Source: Eledone cirrhosa
Taxonomy: Eukaryota
Assembly (NCBI GenBank): GCA_964016885.1
Contig: OZ024762.1
Location: 27,466,001-27,530,000, forward strand
DNA: 64,000 nucleotides
Reading direction: 5' to 3'
Shown here one piece after another: positions 13,255 to 26,431 of the stretch (the first letter of the stretch is position 1; every line of letters begins with the position of its first letter). Below the pieces are notes generated by a model, which saw only the letters and a program-made list of their open reading frames with translations, was not told the origin of the DNA and ran no database searches. A program made the position numbers and the translations under genes.

Positions 13255-15618
13255 CCACCTGATTTTGTTACCCGGAGATTTAGCGACCTTCACGGTGGAA
13301 TCTATAGAGACGACGCCCTTCTAGTTAAGAACCTAAATAACCAGAGCATAGAAAGACTGCGTAAGAATATTAGAAAGACTCTCGGGAAACTAGGCCTTAG
13401 CATAACGTATGAATATAGCACTAAAATAGTTAACTTTCTAGACGCGACGCTTAACCTAAATACGGGACTTATAAGACCTTTTCACAAGATTAATGAAAAC
13501 TTAGCATACATCAACTGTAATTCGAACCACCCACTATCCATAATTAAATCCATTCCACGCAGCATATCCCTTAGGATCTCCCGCCTCTCGTCTAACCGAC
13601 AAATCTTCGAGGAACACGTGGAGTATTACAATACCGCATTAGACAAGGCACGCCACCTAGATAGAGTAGAATATATAGACACAACCCTCCGCAAAGCACA
13701 CACGAACAGGCATAACACAAACTCCGGAAACACACGCACACACGCATTTACGCATAGAACTACAAATTATACTGAAAATAGAAATACAACATCAAAATCA
13801 AACAGGTCACGCAGTAGAAAATATATTTGGTATTACCCCATATTTAACACCTCTATTAGTTCCAACCTACCCTCTACCTTCTTTAGAATAATAAATAAGC
13901 ACTTTCCAGATTCACATAGATACAGCAAAATCCTTAACACTAAATCTATTAGACTATCTTACTCCACGGCACCAAACATAGAGGCACACATTAAGATGCT
14001 TAACGCTAAAAAGATACGTAGCAACACCGGAACACAAATGTATAACAATAACAATACAATTACCATCAAACACAACAGAATATCTAATACACAACCACCC
14101 ACTGATAGGCAACCAAAACGTAACACACTTGTACAGGCATCGCAGCCCACCAATAATACCAAAGTTGCACGTGACAAGAACTGTAATTGTCACCTACCTG
14201 AAACCTGTCCATTTCATAATGAATGTATGCAGTCTAACCTGGTTTACCAATGCACAGTGGAATCAGACAACCAGAAATGGTATTACATTGGAGCGACTGG
14301 GAATACATTTAAAGCCTGTTGGTATACACACCGTTACACAATGAAACATTCCCAGCATCGTTATGTAACTACCCTTGCGAACAAGACCTGGCAACTGAGG
14401 GAAAGTAACTAGCAATACACCCTGAAGTGGAAAAAATTATCGAACGTGCCCCCATATCGGAGTGGTATGAGAAGCTATCGGTTATGTGACTTTGAACTGT
14501 TCCACATTTTGAGTTCGAAGAATAAGTTACTCAACAATAAAATTGAAAGATCAATTTATTGTAACCATAGACTCAAAGAAAAATGTTCGCACTATAAGTG
14601 CAAATCGAACCCTTAACCTCTTACTACCACCTGACAAACTGTATATACTTAGACTTTCTACCCTCTTATTGAATCTAACCCCTTTAATTACCCACAATAA
14701 CCAATACCTATATCCCTCCCTTCTCCTTCATTCCTTTTCTCTTTTTCGTTTTATTCTTTTATTCTCTCCCTTTTTTTTGCTATCTTTTCTTTTCTTTTTT
14801 CTCCCCCCCCCCTTCTTTATTTTTATTTATATATCTATTTATGTCTCTATCTCTCTCCCCACTCCCCCTCTCTCTCTCTCCCTCCCACTATAAACAATTT
14901 AATTCTCTTTAATTCCCTACACTGTAAATTGACATCAAGTCTACGAATCAAAACTGATCGAGGAATCCTTCCACCTTTACCCCTCCCTCCATCTCCGTTT
15001 GTCACTCTTTCTTCTCCCCCTTCTCCTCTCTATATACTACTCCGTTTGTCCCTCTACTTCCTAATTCCTCTCCCCCTTCCTCTCTCTCTATACTAGTAAA
15101 TATAAATTTTAAAAAATGTTTTTTTATATATTAAGAACCTTTTACGAGTAACTTATTCATTATTTTGAAAATTTGGAGGTGAACAACAATTATTATTGTG
15201 TGGCTGCTATTAACCAGTGCATTACTGGTACTTTATTTTATCGACCCCGTAAGGATGAAAGGCAAAGTCAATCCCGCCGAGGTTGACTTTGCCTTTCATC
15301 CTTACGGGGTCGATAAAATAAAGTACCAGTAATGCACTGGGTAATTGCTGGCCTTGTGCCTAAAGTAGAAACAATTATTGTGTGGCTGCTATTTGCAGTA
15401 TGGGAATATAAGGTTGCACTTACCAATGAAACGGTCGTAAATACCTGGATAAAATCCTTTTTTTAATGCTTACCTGTGTTTTCCCTTTTATTCTTTATAC
15501 TCCAAGATTGAACTTGATCCTTACGAACTTGTGCTGTTACCCCTAACCGTACGTTGAAACCGTCCATGAAACTTAACCACGAACTGGATTACAATAAGCA
15601 ATTTTCTACTTCCTTAAC

Positions 15619-15620
<2 letters not shown>
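13255..15620 (+). mobile_element. 5'-truncated Penelope-like retroelement (RT YRDD + thumb + CxCx5C linker + GIY-YIG), with 3'UTR and pseudo-LTR
   Basis: GIYRDDAL, NFLDATLNL, SNHP, IWYYP, CNCHLPETCP..C..SNLVYQC..YYIGATGNTFK..WYTH. Premature stop at 14412; LKWKK continues in frame. 3' region 14885-15620 recurs at 34670-35420. Confidence 0.92.
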
Positions 15621-15696
<76 letters not shown>

Positions 15697-15699
<3 letters not shown>

Positions 15700-16044
15700 T
15701 CAAAATATTAACAAAATAGATATTCTTATGATCAATTATATTTTATTATACATATTTCAGAGGTACTGAGTTAAGTTCAACAGTACGTCCTCATCATGAC
15801 TGAATCTTAACCTTCTACTATGTCAGGGTATGTCATGCATCATTTTATTTTATCTGATGAGGACGTACTGTTGAACTTAACTCAGTACCTCTGAAATATG
15901 TATAATAAAATATAATTGATCACAAGAATATCTATTTTGTTAATATTTTGAATTAATATTAATAACTCTTGAAAACCTTACTGTTGAGTGCTTCCAATCT
16001 ATTGTAAAACTCATTGTTTGATGTATTCATTGAATCTTGTTTAA

Positions 16045-16048
<4 letters not shown>
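15697..16048 (+). mobile_element. PLE pseudo-LTR module with inverted 5' arm (15697-15797) and canonical HHR; longer second copy 16645-17780
   Basis: ~100-bp inverted repeat. 15796-16047 is nearly identical to 17533-17779. (TA)n on both flanks. Confidence 0.85.
15848..15910 (+). ncRNA. Type I hammerhead ribozyme
   Basis: TTTTAT-CTGATGA-[GTACTG/CAGTAC stem II]-GAAA-TATGTA-TA-ATAAAA. Confidence 0.85.
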
Positions 16049-16083
<35 letters not shown>

Positions 16084-16581
16084 TTAGGTTTGTTGGTTCA
16101 CCACTGGATAGAACTGGTCATTCCGTATGGTCAATCCTGGTGTACTATTGTGAAGATTACTCAACGCAGTGCAGTTCACCCATCTTCGTTTGTGTAGTTG
16201 GTTGTGCGAATACGGAGTTAATTATAAATTCTAACATGAATGTAGTTTGACCCTTACACTACACTTCTTTCTCCCTTTCTTTCTCTCTTCCCCTTCTTCT
16301 TTGACGGAGTGGTGGTAGCGTATTATAAGCCTTCGCCCCCTCACCAGACATTCATTAGTAGTTCTCAGTTACCAACACTTTGAGGGCGGCTGGCTGAGAA
16401 GCTAGTTGGTCAGCCTCCCTCTCTGTCTCTGATTTTTCGGACCCATGGCTTTTTACATATTCCTTTGTTATATTCCAATACCTGATGACATCACCGGATT
16501 CATATGGAACGCGTTCATTGAAATGATCATAGTATAATAAACCTTTCAAGGATTTACACCAGTCCAGCCTCCTGTTATTTC

Positions 16582-16648
<67 letters not shown>

Positions 16649-17584
16649 TTCAAAATATTAACAACATTTAACAACATTTTAACAACATTTTTAACTATAT
16701 ATATTTTTGAACATTATTTTCAGTAACTTATTTACTTTATTGCATTATTGCATTATTGCATTATTGTATTATATTATATATATTTGAAAGGTATCACCTC
16801 AATTATAAACAAATAATAAACTATAATATTTGTATTCTTTGATCAATAGATATATATAATTAAAATTTTGGACTTATTTATGTTTATTATAAGGCCGGTT
16901 GATACTTTAGGCACTCAAACTATTTAACAATAAATTATTTAATAATTATAACTATAATTATTTTATAAATTATATTATAGAAACTGTTGTTAATATTATA
17001 AAATTTTTTGGTAAAGATTACCTTCGTGAAGTTATAAAACCATTATGATATTTTCTTCCTCGTGTTTCGTAAATCCTTTAAATTTGTTTTCATAAAATTT
17101 GAATTTTAGAAATTAAACATATTATATTATAATATTAATACAAATACCTATTAACTTTTAAAACCTAAAATATTATTTATTACCCTGAAGTAACTTAAAT
17201 TAAATATTTTGAAAATTAACCGCTAACTATATTATTTTGGACATGTGTTGCTTATATGGAGATCTGTGAATATAAACTTGAACATAAATTACTCCCCTTT
17301 GTCTCTCTCTATCTTTGATCATCTTTCATCTGTTTTTTCAGGCCACCTACTAAATGTATTATCACATCGGCTGTTTCTTCCTCTATGCTTTCCTTTCCCT
17401 CCTCTTTCTCCAGTAGTTTTTAAAAATTAAAGAAATTTCATAACTGTTATATTGATGCCATATATTTCTTAAACTCTATTACACGCACCCTCTGGTATAA
17501 ATATTGAGTTTTATCATAAGTTAATCACTACCATGACAGAATCTTAACCATCTACTATGTCAGGGTATGTCATGTATCATTTTA

Positions 17585-17642
17585 TTTTATCTGATGAGGA
17601 CGTACTGTTGAACTCAGTAACTCTGAAATATGTATAATAAAA
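17585..17642 (+). ncRNA. Type I hammerhead ribozyme (second copy, shortened loop 2)
   Basis: TTTTAT-CTGATGA-GGACGTACTGTTGAACTCAGTAACTCT-GAAA-TATGTA-TA-ATAAAA. Confidence 0.78.
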
Positions 17643-18699
17643 TATAATTGATCACAAGAATATCTATGCTGTTAATATTTTGAATTAATATTAATAAATC
17701 TGGAAAACCTTACAGTTGAGTGCTTCTAATCTATTGTAAAACTCATTCTTTGATGTATTCATTGAACCTTGTTTAACTTTTAAATATCTATATATATAAT
17801 TCCCGTTCTGTGTGTGTGTGTAAAAGAGTTTCACTTGGAAAATATTCCATCGATCTCTGTCAAATTAAACACATAGCCAAAATAGGCTACGGTTTGTAAC
17901 ATCAACAAAAAATTATTTCATAATGATTAATTTCGAAGTCACAAACTTCGATTTTATAATCTTATAGGCTTTTGCACTAACAAATTCCATGACGGCCATT
18001 AAAGAGAGAGAGCGTTCCTTTTACACAGTTCTTAACTCTCCCTCTTCCACAACACGACGTTATGGGATTGTATGTGTATGTGCGTGTGTATATGTGTGTG
18101 TATGTGTTTGTGTGTGTATGTGTGCGTGCATATTTGTGTGTGTGTGTGTAATTTCCATAACGGCCAGAGAGAGAAGGATGTGTGAGAGGGAGATAGAAAG
18201 AGAGGAGTGAGAGAGAGTAAAATAAAGAGTGTGTGACGCGAATATGATAAATACAGCGTTTATAATTTTAACTTATTTATTACACTTCTTAACTCTCCCC
18301 CTTCCACAACGTCACGTCTTGGGATTGTGTGTGTGTGTGTGTGTGTGTGTCTGTGTGTGTTTGTGTGTATGTGTGTGCGTTTGTGTGTGTATGTGTTTGT
18401 GTGTGTGTGTGTGTACATGATGGATGTTTTAAAATACACATTGTTCAACCGACACGGCTAACGATATATTTCTCTATGTTCACATTTTAATGACACATAT
18501 CTGTAAATAAACTTGCTCTTTTTGAATACCGTCTCATTTTTTTTAATTGAAAGAGTTGATCAGGTAAAATTATCCTCCAAGTTAAACATACAACACGGAA
18601 ATTGACCATTAACATTGCAGCCCTACCAAGAACTGACACCGTCCAATGGACGGGGGTCACTTGCTAGTGTATATATATATATATATTTCTTTTTTTTTT

Positions 18700-18921
18700 T
18701 TCTTTCTAGTCGATCGACTTTCGTCAAATCGGACCGAGGAAACTATGTTTCCGTTGGTCTTTCCAATTGCTAATACTATCTATCGGTCGCAACTCCAGGT
18801 AGAAGGAGCAACGTGAAATAAAGTGTCTTGCTCAAGGACATAACGCATCGCCTGGTTCAGGAATCGAACTCACAACCTCACGATTGTGAATCCAATACTC
18901 TAACCACTCAGCCACACGCCT

Positions 18922-18925
<4 letters not shown>
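18700..18925 (-). mobile_element. tRNA-derived SINE, second family (related copies 54165-54490 and 55170-55353)
   Basis: Minus strand reads GGCGTGTGGCTGAGTGGTTAGAG (A box), GAGTTCGATTCC (B box), TGTCCTTGAGCAAGACACTTTATTTCACGTTGCTCC. Confidence 0.85.
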
Positions 18926-18986
<61 letters not shown>

Positions 18987-19386
18987 GGTGGTGGCTGCCA
19001 ACTCGTTTTCGAGTACGGCCACTATTTTATATCCATGTAGGAGGACACCTACCGATGCGCTGAACGAGTGTAACTTTTTAGTCCAGCCAACGACTTGAAA
19101 ACTCTGGTACACTTGTGACAATTTTTGACACATAGTGCTGGGCCCATGGTACCATGTGAGGACAAGTGCAGAGAGATCTCCAGATATAAAGCAATGCCTG
19201 TGCCGTGAAGCTTATATAGTGATCAAAGGCACTGCACAAAGCCAGTCCCACTCTCTTAACCAAGAAGATATTTACCAAAAAGAAGAACAAGTCAACATCA
19301 TTGGATACCATCAGGGTTGCAGGTGTTATATCAGAGTTTTCCTTCTCCTAGAATTCTGCCTTGACAAAGGCTAAGGGGTCATCTCT

Positions 19387-19390
<4 letters not shown>
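18987..19390 (-). mobile_element. Short non-autonomous RTE-related retroposon (other copies 31615-31920 internally deleted, 32016-32582)
   Basis: Three near-identical copies. Minus strand has the RTE 5'UTR-like motif TCTAGGAGAAGGAAAACTCTGA and a common 3' end GAGTTGGCAG(C/A)CACCA running into (TGTA)n or (TA)n. Confidence 0.6.
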
Positions 19391-19480
<90 letters not shown>

Positions 19481-19514
19481 ATATATATATACATACATAT
19501 ATATATAGAGAGAT

Positions 19515-20034
19515 ATATTTCGTTTCTGAATTTGTTTAGCAAGATTCTTTATTTGAAAATGTGTGTTGAAACCGATATTGTTATACTTTCGGAGGGTCAT
19601 GTTGCCAATAAGAAACACACGCACCAGTTGCTTTCACTTCAATTTATTATAATAAATTTATAAATTTAGGAATTTATAAATTTCCGGTTGGTTGGTTGGT
19701 TCCACAACCAGATGGTTGTTTATATATTGTCAAAGTTCTTTCGTCACACATTCTGTGAGCTCTTCAGTGACTGAACACACACACAGAAACAAGATGGCGT
19801 AGGACAGAACAAAGGAGAGGCACAAAAACAAAGAAAAGTATCCCCAGTCACTGAAGAGGTCACAGAATGTGTGACGAAAGAACTTTGACGATATATGAAC
19901 AACCATCTGGTTGTGGAACCAACCAACCAACCGGAAATTTATAAATTCCTAAATTTATAAATTTATTATAATAAATTGAAGTGAAAGCAACTGGTGCGTG
20001 TGTTTCTTATTGACAACATGACCCTCCCAAAGTA

Positions 20035-20040
<6 letters not shown>
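19515..20040. mobile_element. Fold-back pseudo-LTR module, ~195-bp arms (19579-19773 / 19845-20038), HHR on both strands
   Basis: GTCA-CTGAAGA-G-GTCACA..TGTGAC-GAAA-GAAC-TT-TGAC at 19847-19889 (+), mirrored at 19729-19771 (-). Terminal motif CATGACCCTCCCAAAGTATAAC. Confidence 0.85.
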
Positions 20041-20106
<66 letters not shown>

Positions 20107-20108
<2 letters not shown>

Positions 20109-20891
20109 TATTGAAGTTTCTGTTGAAAATTGAAAAAGTCATAGGAGTGAAGAGTGCTCTATGTAATTACCAGAGCTAAATTTAATGTATAATAAACAAT
20201 ACAATATAATTACCTCATTACCAGAGGTTTCCTGAATAAGATGAATACAAAAACGTCCTCATTCGTTCGTCGGATAAGGCAATTTAAAACATAGTGAAAT
20301 ATTTGAAAAATCTCCTCAAGAAAGGCAAAAGTTTAACGGGCAAAAAAAATATATAAATAAAAGTAATGCAAGACATATATAAAATAAAATAAGGAAATAT
20401 AGTTAGGGTATGTGTATAAATGTGTGTATATTCACTCACAAATGTACATATGTGTGTATGTACAAATGCTTGTGTATAGTGAAAATGTATGCGTAAGTAG
20501 TTATATGAGGGCAAGCATATTAGTGTATGTGTGATCACAAATACGTATATAATATAAGTTGAAAAAGAAATTGTAAGATAATATTGTTAACATACATCCA
20601 GATTCGGGTATTAAATATATACACATACAAGTATGAAAGTATAAACACACATACAAGTATGAAAGTATAAACACACACATACGCGCGATCACATATATGC
20701 GAATGATACACAGGGAAGGGAGTGTATTAGTCAACGGAGTGTCAGTCTGAGGCTCGATACATGTATAAAAATGAAACAATATATGAGATTAAAAAATGTT
20801 TTTAAATCAAAGAGAAAGTAAGAGGGAGGGGTTATCAATTATACATTAACACTAGAAAAAAGAAAACAAACATAGGTTCGTACGTACACAT

Positions 20892-20922
<31 letters not shown>

Positions 20923-21500
20923 AATACGTACAGACAAAAGCACATACATGCGTACATACATACAGTGGCGCGCATGATACACACGAAGCACACATATATA
21001 TATATATATATCGGCACACGTACGTACGCGACTATATATATATATATACATATACACACATACATACACATACATATATATATACATATACACATACATT
21101 CACCCATACACACACATACGTATATATAAGTATGTAAAAAACATAGATCTAAAAACACACATACACACACATTTATACACACACGCACACATACGGAGGC
21201 GTTCGTATACATATACAGAACGCATACACACACATGCACACTTGCAAGTGTGATTTCATGTGTGGGCAACTGGTGAAAATTTCTGTTTTTGCATTTAGGC
21301 ATGTTTTTGGTGATTTAAGGTTCTGTAAAATCCAATATTTTTCACTTATGCAGAGTGTGCATCTTCTTGTTCCTCCTGCATATTCGTTAGATTGGTTCAA
21401 AATTGACCAATCCAATTTATATTGGATACCTTGGTCTTTCAAATCCCATATTCTGCTAGCCAGAACTGTTGTGAATATTTTTTTCTGGATGTCGGAAAGA
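20107..21500 (-). mobile_element. 5'-truncated PLE: GIY-YIG C-terminus (21240-21480), microsatellite-rich 3'UTR and pseudo-LTR with HHR (20213-20279)
   Basis: IWDLKDQGIQYKLDWSIL..Y..GTRRCTLCISEKYWIL..LN..EIFTSCPH. HHR CCTTAT-CCGACGA-..-GAAA-CCTCTGG-TA-ATGAGG. Confidence 0.8.
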
Positions 21501-21567
21501 TGCGATATTTGAAATATGTATCACAGCATTATCAATAAAGAACTTTAACATCTGAAACTACTTCTCA

Positions 21568-21644
<77 letters not shown>

Positions 21645-21724
21645 TCTCTCTCTCTCTCTTTCTATCTATCTATCTATCTATCTCTATCTATCTATCTATC
21701 CGTCTATCTATCTATCTATCTATC

Positions 21725-22096
21725 AGGATGGAGAGAGAGGTGCTGCACCCCAGCCGTTTTTATGAAAGATGGGTGAAAGTGGCGAGAATGGCCCGTGTGA
21801 ATGGGCCTTCACTCTACATCAGTCTATAGGTGAGGAAGATGAAAGACCAAGGGAGCACCCCTTCTCTGTGCTCCTGAGGAGAAGGGTTGCACACTTTTTT
21901 TCGGGGGTGTGTGCGACCCCCCAAGGCGCCTCCTCTCTATTGAGGACTTTGTTATAAATTTTATTTTTTGTTATATTTTATTTTATTTTTATATATTGTT
22001 ATTGCCTCCTCCTTATTGAGGACGCATTGTTTTGTAAACTCCCCCCATTGTACTTGTCCCACTTTTGATGCCCTGGTGGCAAATAAAAGAAACATA
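21725..22096 (+). mobile_element. 3' end of Tx1/L1-type LINE within an (ATCT)n tract
   Basis: Reverse complement of 8671-9040; flanked by (CTAT)n. Confidence 0.88.
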
Positions 22097-22114
22097 TCTA
22101 TCTATCTATCTATC

Positions 22115-25100
22115 TCTCTTGGTAGCTGGACGCACACAAATTTGCTGGTAAATTTCTGTCAATTTATTTACAAAAAACAAAAATTCTTGTTTAAAAAAAC
22201 AAATTGTCTTGTAGACTGAACTGTCAGCTGGCTGGCAATCTCATTTTTCGCCGCCACAGGGGTGAAAATTTAATTTGAAATTAATTAAAAAACTGTTAAA
22301 CATTTTTAATATTTTGCCATCAGCAATGGCAAGCGTACAAAGAACGCTAACGAACGTTGAAGAAGGAAAGGGAAAAGAAGAAATAGACTTTAACGTTGCT
22401 AAGAACTTTGCCTATATCGATGTAGTTGACAAGAAACGTTTGTGTAACGAAGGTGAAGTAGACAACACAAACAAAATTAAACCACACAATATGTAACAGA
22501 CACCAAAATCAACAGAAAAAATAATTGACACAACTACAAACGGAAAACCCGACAACCACCACAACAACAACAACACCAAAAAAATAACTTTTACAAAAAC
22601 AGTCACAAATAATAATAACGTTACCTCTAACTCCGCATGTATTGGCGTCACCATGGAAACCAATATGGATAACAAAAATAAAAACAAGATCGAACCACAC
22701 AGTACAACAGACGGAAAAAACAACAGAAAATAAAACCATTGACACAACTACGAACGGAAAAACCGACAACCACAACAACAACAATAACAACAACACCAAA
22801 AAAACTTTTGCGCAAACAGTCATCAAGACACAAGATTTCAAGGATCTCCATATCTCCAATGCGAAACAGATGCTCTCCGAAGCAAAGGAGTTTATCACTT
22901 TCGGTGAAAACGGGGGATTTCAGATAAACTCACCCCCAGAAATTCGTCTGGAAACATTTCGAAGGACAATTATTTTCAGAACTGTTTCAAATGAAACAAA
23001 ACGACCAGCATTCCTCAGTCAAGGGGAAATTGAGGCAACCTTGAAGGAGATATTACCAGACATTGACTTTATGCAGAGGGCCAAAGAGTACGGGAGTATT
23101 TCGGTACTCCTCAAAAGCGAGGCCCTTGCACAAAGATACTCAGTGACGCCAATACTGTTACAAAAATACACCTTTTTTCCTACATACCTGGGAAAAAGGA
23201 CACAAAAAATTAGAGTTTCAAACATACCACCAAATATTAATATTTGGTGGATATTGGCAGGATTTTTAGAGGAGAGAAAAGACACTATTCTCTCCATCAA
23301 AAGGTCAACCAAACACACCTGTTCTGGTACAAATTTGGAGATTCTGGTGCAATGAGCCCGGAAAGAATCTCCAACATACCAGAAAAAGTGCTGGTGGACA
23401 ACAACAGCCACATAAATATTTCGGTGGAGGGCGAAAACCACATTGCTTTCGTTGCAATAGCACCTCACACACAAAGGCCTCCTGCCCTTTACAAACACGC
23501 TCAACCAAAACAATACAAAAGAAAACACTGTTACCAACACAAAAACAACCAATACCACAACAACAACGACTCACGAAACAAGCAAACACACCAAAACAAA
23601 CAGCCACTCAACCAACAACAACAGAAAAAACACAGACAACACCCTGAAGAACACAGCCCCACCAATCCCACTCCATCAAACACTACGACAAACACACACA
23701 CCGAAACCACCACCTCACAACATACACCTACCCCACACTCCTGACGATGATTATTCACTAACAGATGAGGTTGCTTCTCCTTTAAGTGAAGAAGGAGAGC
23801 CTCGGAAATCTAAAAAACAAAAAAAGAGACACCAAAAAACCCCGAAACTCCAATCACCAACACCAACGCACAACCACAGACACAAACAACAACACAAACA
23901 ACACCCAGTCAAGCATCCCCCTACCGGTAAAACCAACACCAACACCACCCAAAACACAAGAACCCATCATAAAAAGAAACTCCCGGACGAACAAAAAACT
24001 AAAACAACACAACAAAAACACAAACAACAATACGCATACATCAACACAAACAACAAGAGTTTGATGGAGGTCATCTCCCAAAACCCCAAGGTGGAGACGG
24101 AGGGCAAAACTTTCATCAAAGCAGAATCGTCTCCACACCTTAAACTTATAAGGGTTTCTATGGAGACCTATAGTGACCTGAAAAATAAATTTTCGCAGGA
24201 CCTGGGCAACCCCTCCAGAAACCCATCAACCGCGTCCTGTTATAATGCTTCCCCACCCCACCCAACACCCCATCCAGCACCCAAATGGAGATTGAACAGC
24301 TCGTTCTCCAGGAAACGAAAAGGTAAGTGCACCTTTTCATCCTTTTTCTCCAACTCTTCTTCACCAACATGGCTAGTTTACGAGTTGGAAGCCTGAATGT
24401 GCGTGGCCTAGGGATGCCCTGGAAACAGGGCCAACTTTTAAACGACCTGAGGTCACACGGTATGGATGTGATAGCCATCAGCGAGTCCAGGATCCACAAC
24501 AGGCAGCCACTAATCCCCATCTTCGACGACTTTGAGATCTACGCATCTCTCTGTCAGCCAGGAGGTGGTGAGGGAGTGGCTGTCATGTTTCGGAAGAACC
24601 TAGACGTTGAAGTACAGCAAGTACAATTGAACTCGGAGGGTAGACTGGTAGTCCTAGACGTGAACAGTATTGGAGGTGGAACCTTCAGACTGGTGGCCGT
24701 TTATGCCCCGACCGACCAATCGCAATCACGGCCAGCGTTCTTTAAGCGTCTAGAGTCTTTTCTGGGAACGTCTCGCTCCTTACTTTTAGTGGGGGACTGG
24801 AATGGTATCCTAGATGCACGATGGAACTATGTGGGAGCATGTCCCAGTAGAGGGTGTGCAACAGCCTCAAAACTTTAATCGGCCAATTCCAACTGGCCGA
24901 TAGGTATCGACTGCACCACAGTGGACTTGGGAAAACCGCAGCGGAACATCTAGATCGTATTTAGATAGGTTTTTCATTAGAGAAAAGGATAAGGAGATGT
25001 TAAGCTGTCCACGAATGCACATGGTTGCCTATTCAGATCACAAATTAGTCGTCTGCTTAGTCAACCGTGATAGAACACATAGGCAGGGACCCGGATACTG

Positions 25101-26160
25101 GAAGCTGAACGTGTCGTTGCCGTCACATAAAGCTTACAGTGAACGGATAAGTAGACTAGACAAGCAACAGTTAACGGGAGCCATCGTCAACAATAGATGG
25201 TGGTACTCTCTCAAGAAAGCAATTAGAGTAGAATCGATAGGGTTTAGCAGAAAGTTGGCCTTGGAGAAAAACAGAATAGAAAGAGAACTAGTAGCCAAGG
25301 AGACACTTAGATGTGGCAACGCGGCTAGAGTGTTAGCGTCGAGAACGGAACTGGACCAGTTCTTCGATAAGAAACACGAAGGCTGCGTGGTCAGAAGCAA
25401 AACACGTGCTCTAGGAAACGAAGGAGCGAAAGCTGTCAGCTGGACCCGAGTGGCGGAGGCAAAAAGTGGCAACAAGTCGACGATTCGGTCTTTGAAAGAT
25501 CAAAACGGATCCGTGCTGCTTGACCCCAAGCAAATGTGCGTGGCCTTCAACAGCACTTTGCGCGACTGTTTGAGCAGAACGACGGTGAGCCGAACGGGGC
25601 AATGGACTTTAGTTCATACCTCGACGGCCTGCCGCGTCTCTCGAACACGGACACCGATTTCTGCGAAAGACCGATCACGGACTCTGGGATACGGGACGCT
25701 CTGGGCCGCTGCTGGAAACGCAAGTCACCCGGTCTAGATGGTTTACCCTATGCGTTTTAGATAGGCATGCCGGACTTGTTCTCTGGCGTCCTCGAAGCCG
25801 TCTATTGCAATTGGCAGCAGAACGGGAAAATTCCCAGTTCTGCAGGCAAGGGCGAAGTAACGCTGATCAGGAAAGACGAGAACAAGGGGTACGAAATTAA
25901 CAACTTCAGGCCCATAACTCTGCTCAACACAGAGTTAAAGATTTTGGCCAAGGTGCTAGCGGCGAGGTTGGCGCTTGTCGTCGAGAACCTGGTAGGGAAA
26001 GTGCAACCGTGTGCAATCCCGACCAGGTCCATACACGACAACCTCCACCTCATGCGATACATCATAGAGAGGGAGGGTAGTAACCCGCTTCGGTGGGGCT
26101 CTGATCAATTTGGATCAGTCTAAGGCATTCGATAGGGTCGACCATCGATACCTGGAAGCG
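22115..26160 (+). mobile_element. Tx1/L1-clade non-LTR retrotransposon, 5'-intact, 3'-truncated, pseudogenised (ORF1 with CCHC knuckle; ORF2 AP endonuclease + RT N-half)
   Basis: ORF1 from ~22326 with CFRCNSTSHTKASC at 23444-23485. ORF2 ATG 24369: GSLNVRGL, ISESR, VYAP, GDWN, YLDR, SDH, GPGYWKLN, KSPGLDG, FRPITLLN, LDQSKAFDRVDH. Many frameshifts and stops. Confidence 0.92.
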
Positions 26161-26431
26161 TTTATATGAGAGAAGCGATAATCTTATATTTGATATACAT
26201 TACATTCATTAGTAAAAACCTATTAACTCACAACAACAAAATAATTACAATAATTGTTCGAGCTGATTTCTCTGACATTCATTTAATTTCTGAAAATGAA
26301 GCCAAAGAGAATTCTGTAGAATTATTCAAGACATCAGTGACAATTTTTGCTCGGGGAACTCTCGTGTTTTCTTTCAATTCTTCAACAATTCTCGAACGAA
26401 TTTGGGTAGAGACAACGGACTTATGATGCCC

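Noticed and set aside
18840-18922. tRNA gene
   Set aside because: A/B boxes belong to a SINE head followed by a SINE body; no intact cloverleaf.
26270-26430. Short peptide HKSVVSTQIRSRIVEELKENTRVPRAKIVTDVL (- strand), vaguely transposase-like
   Set aside because: Too short and lacks a diagnostic motif.
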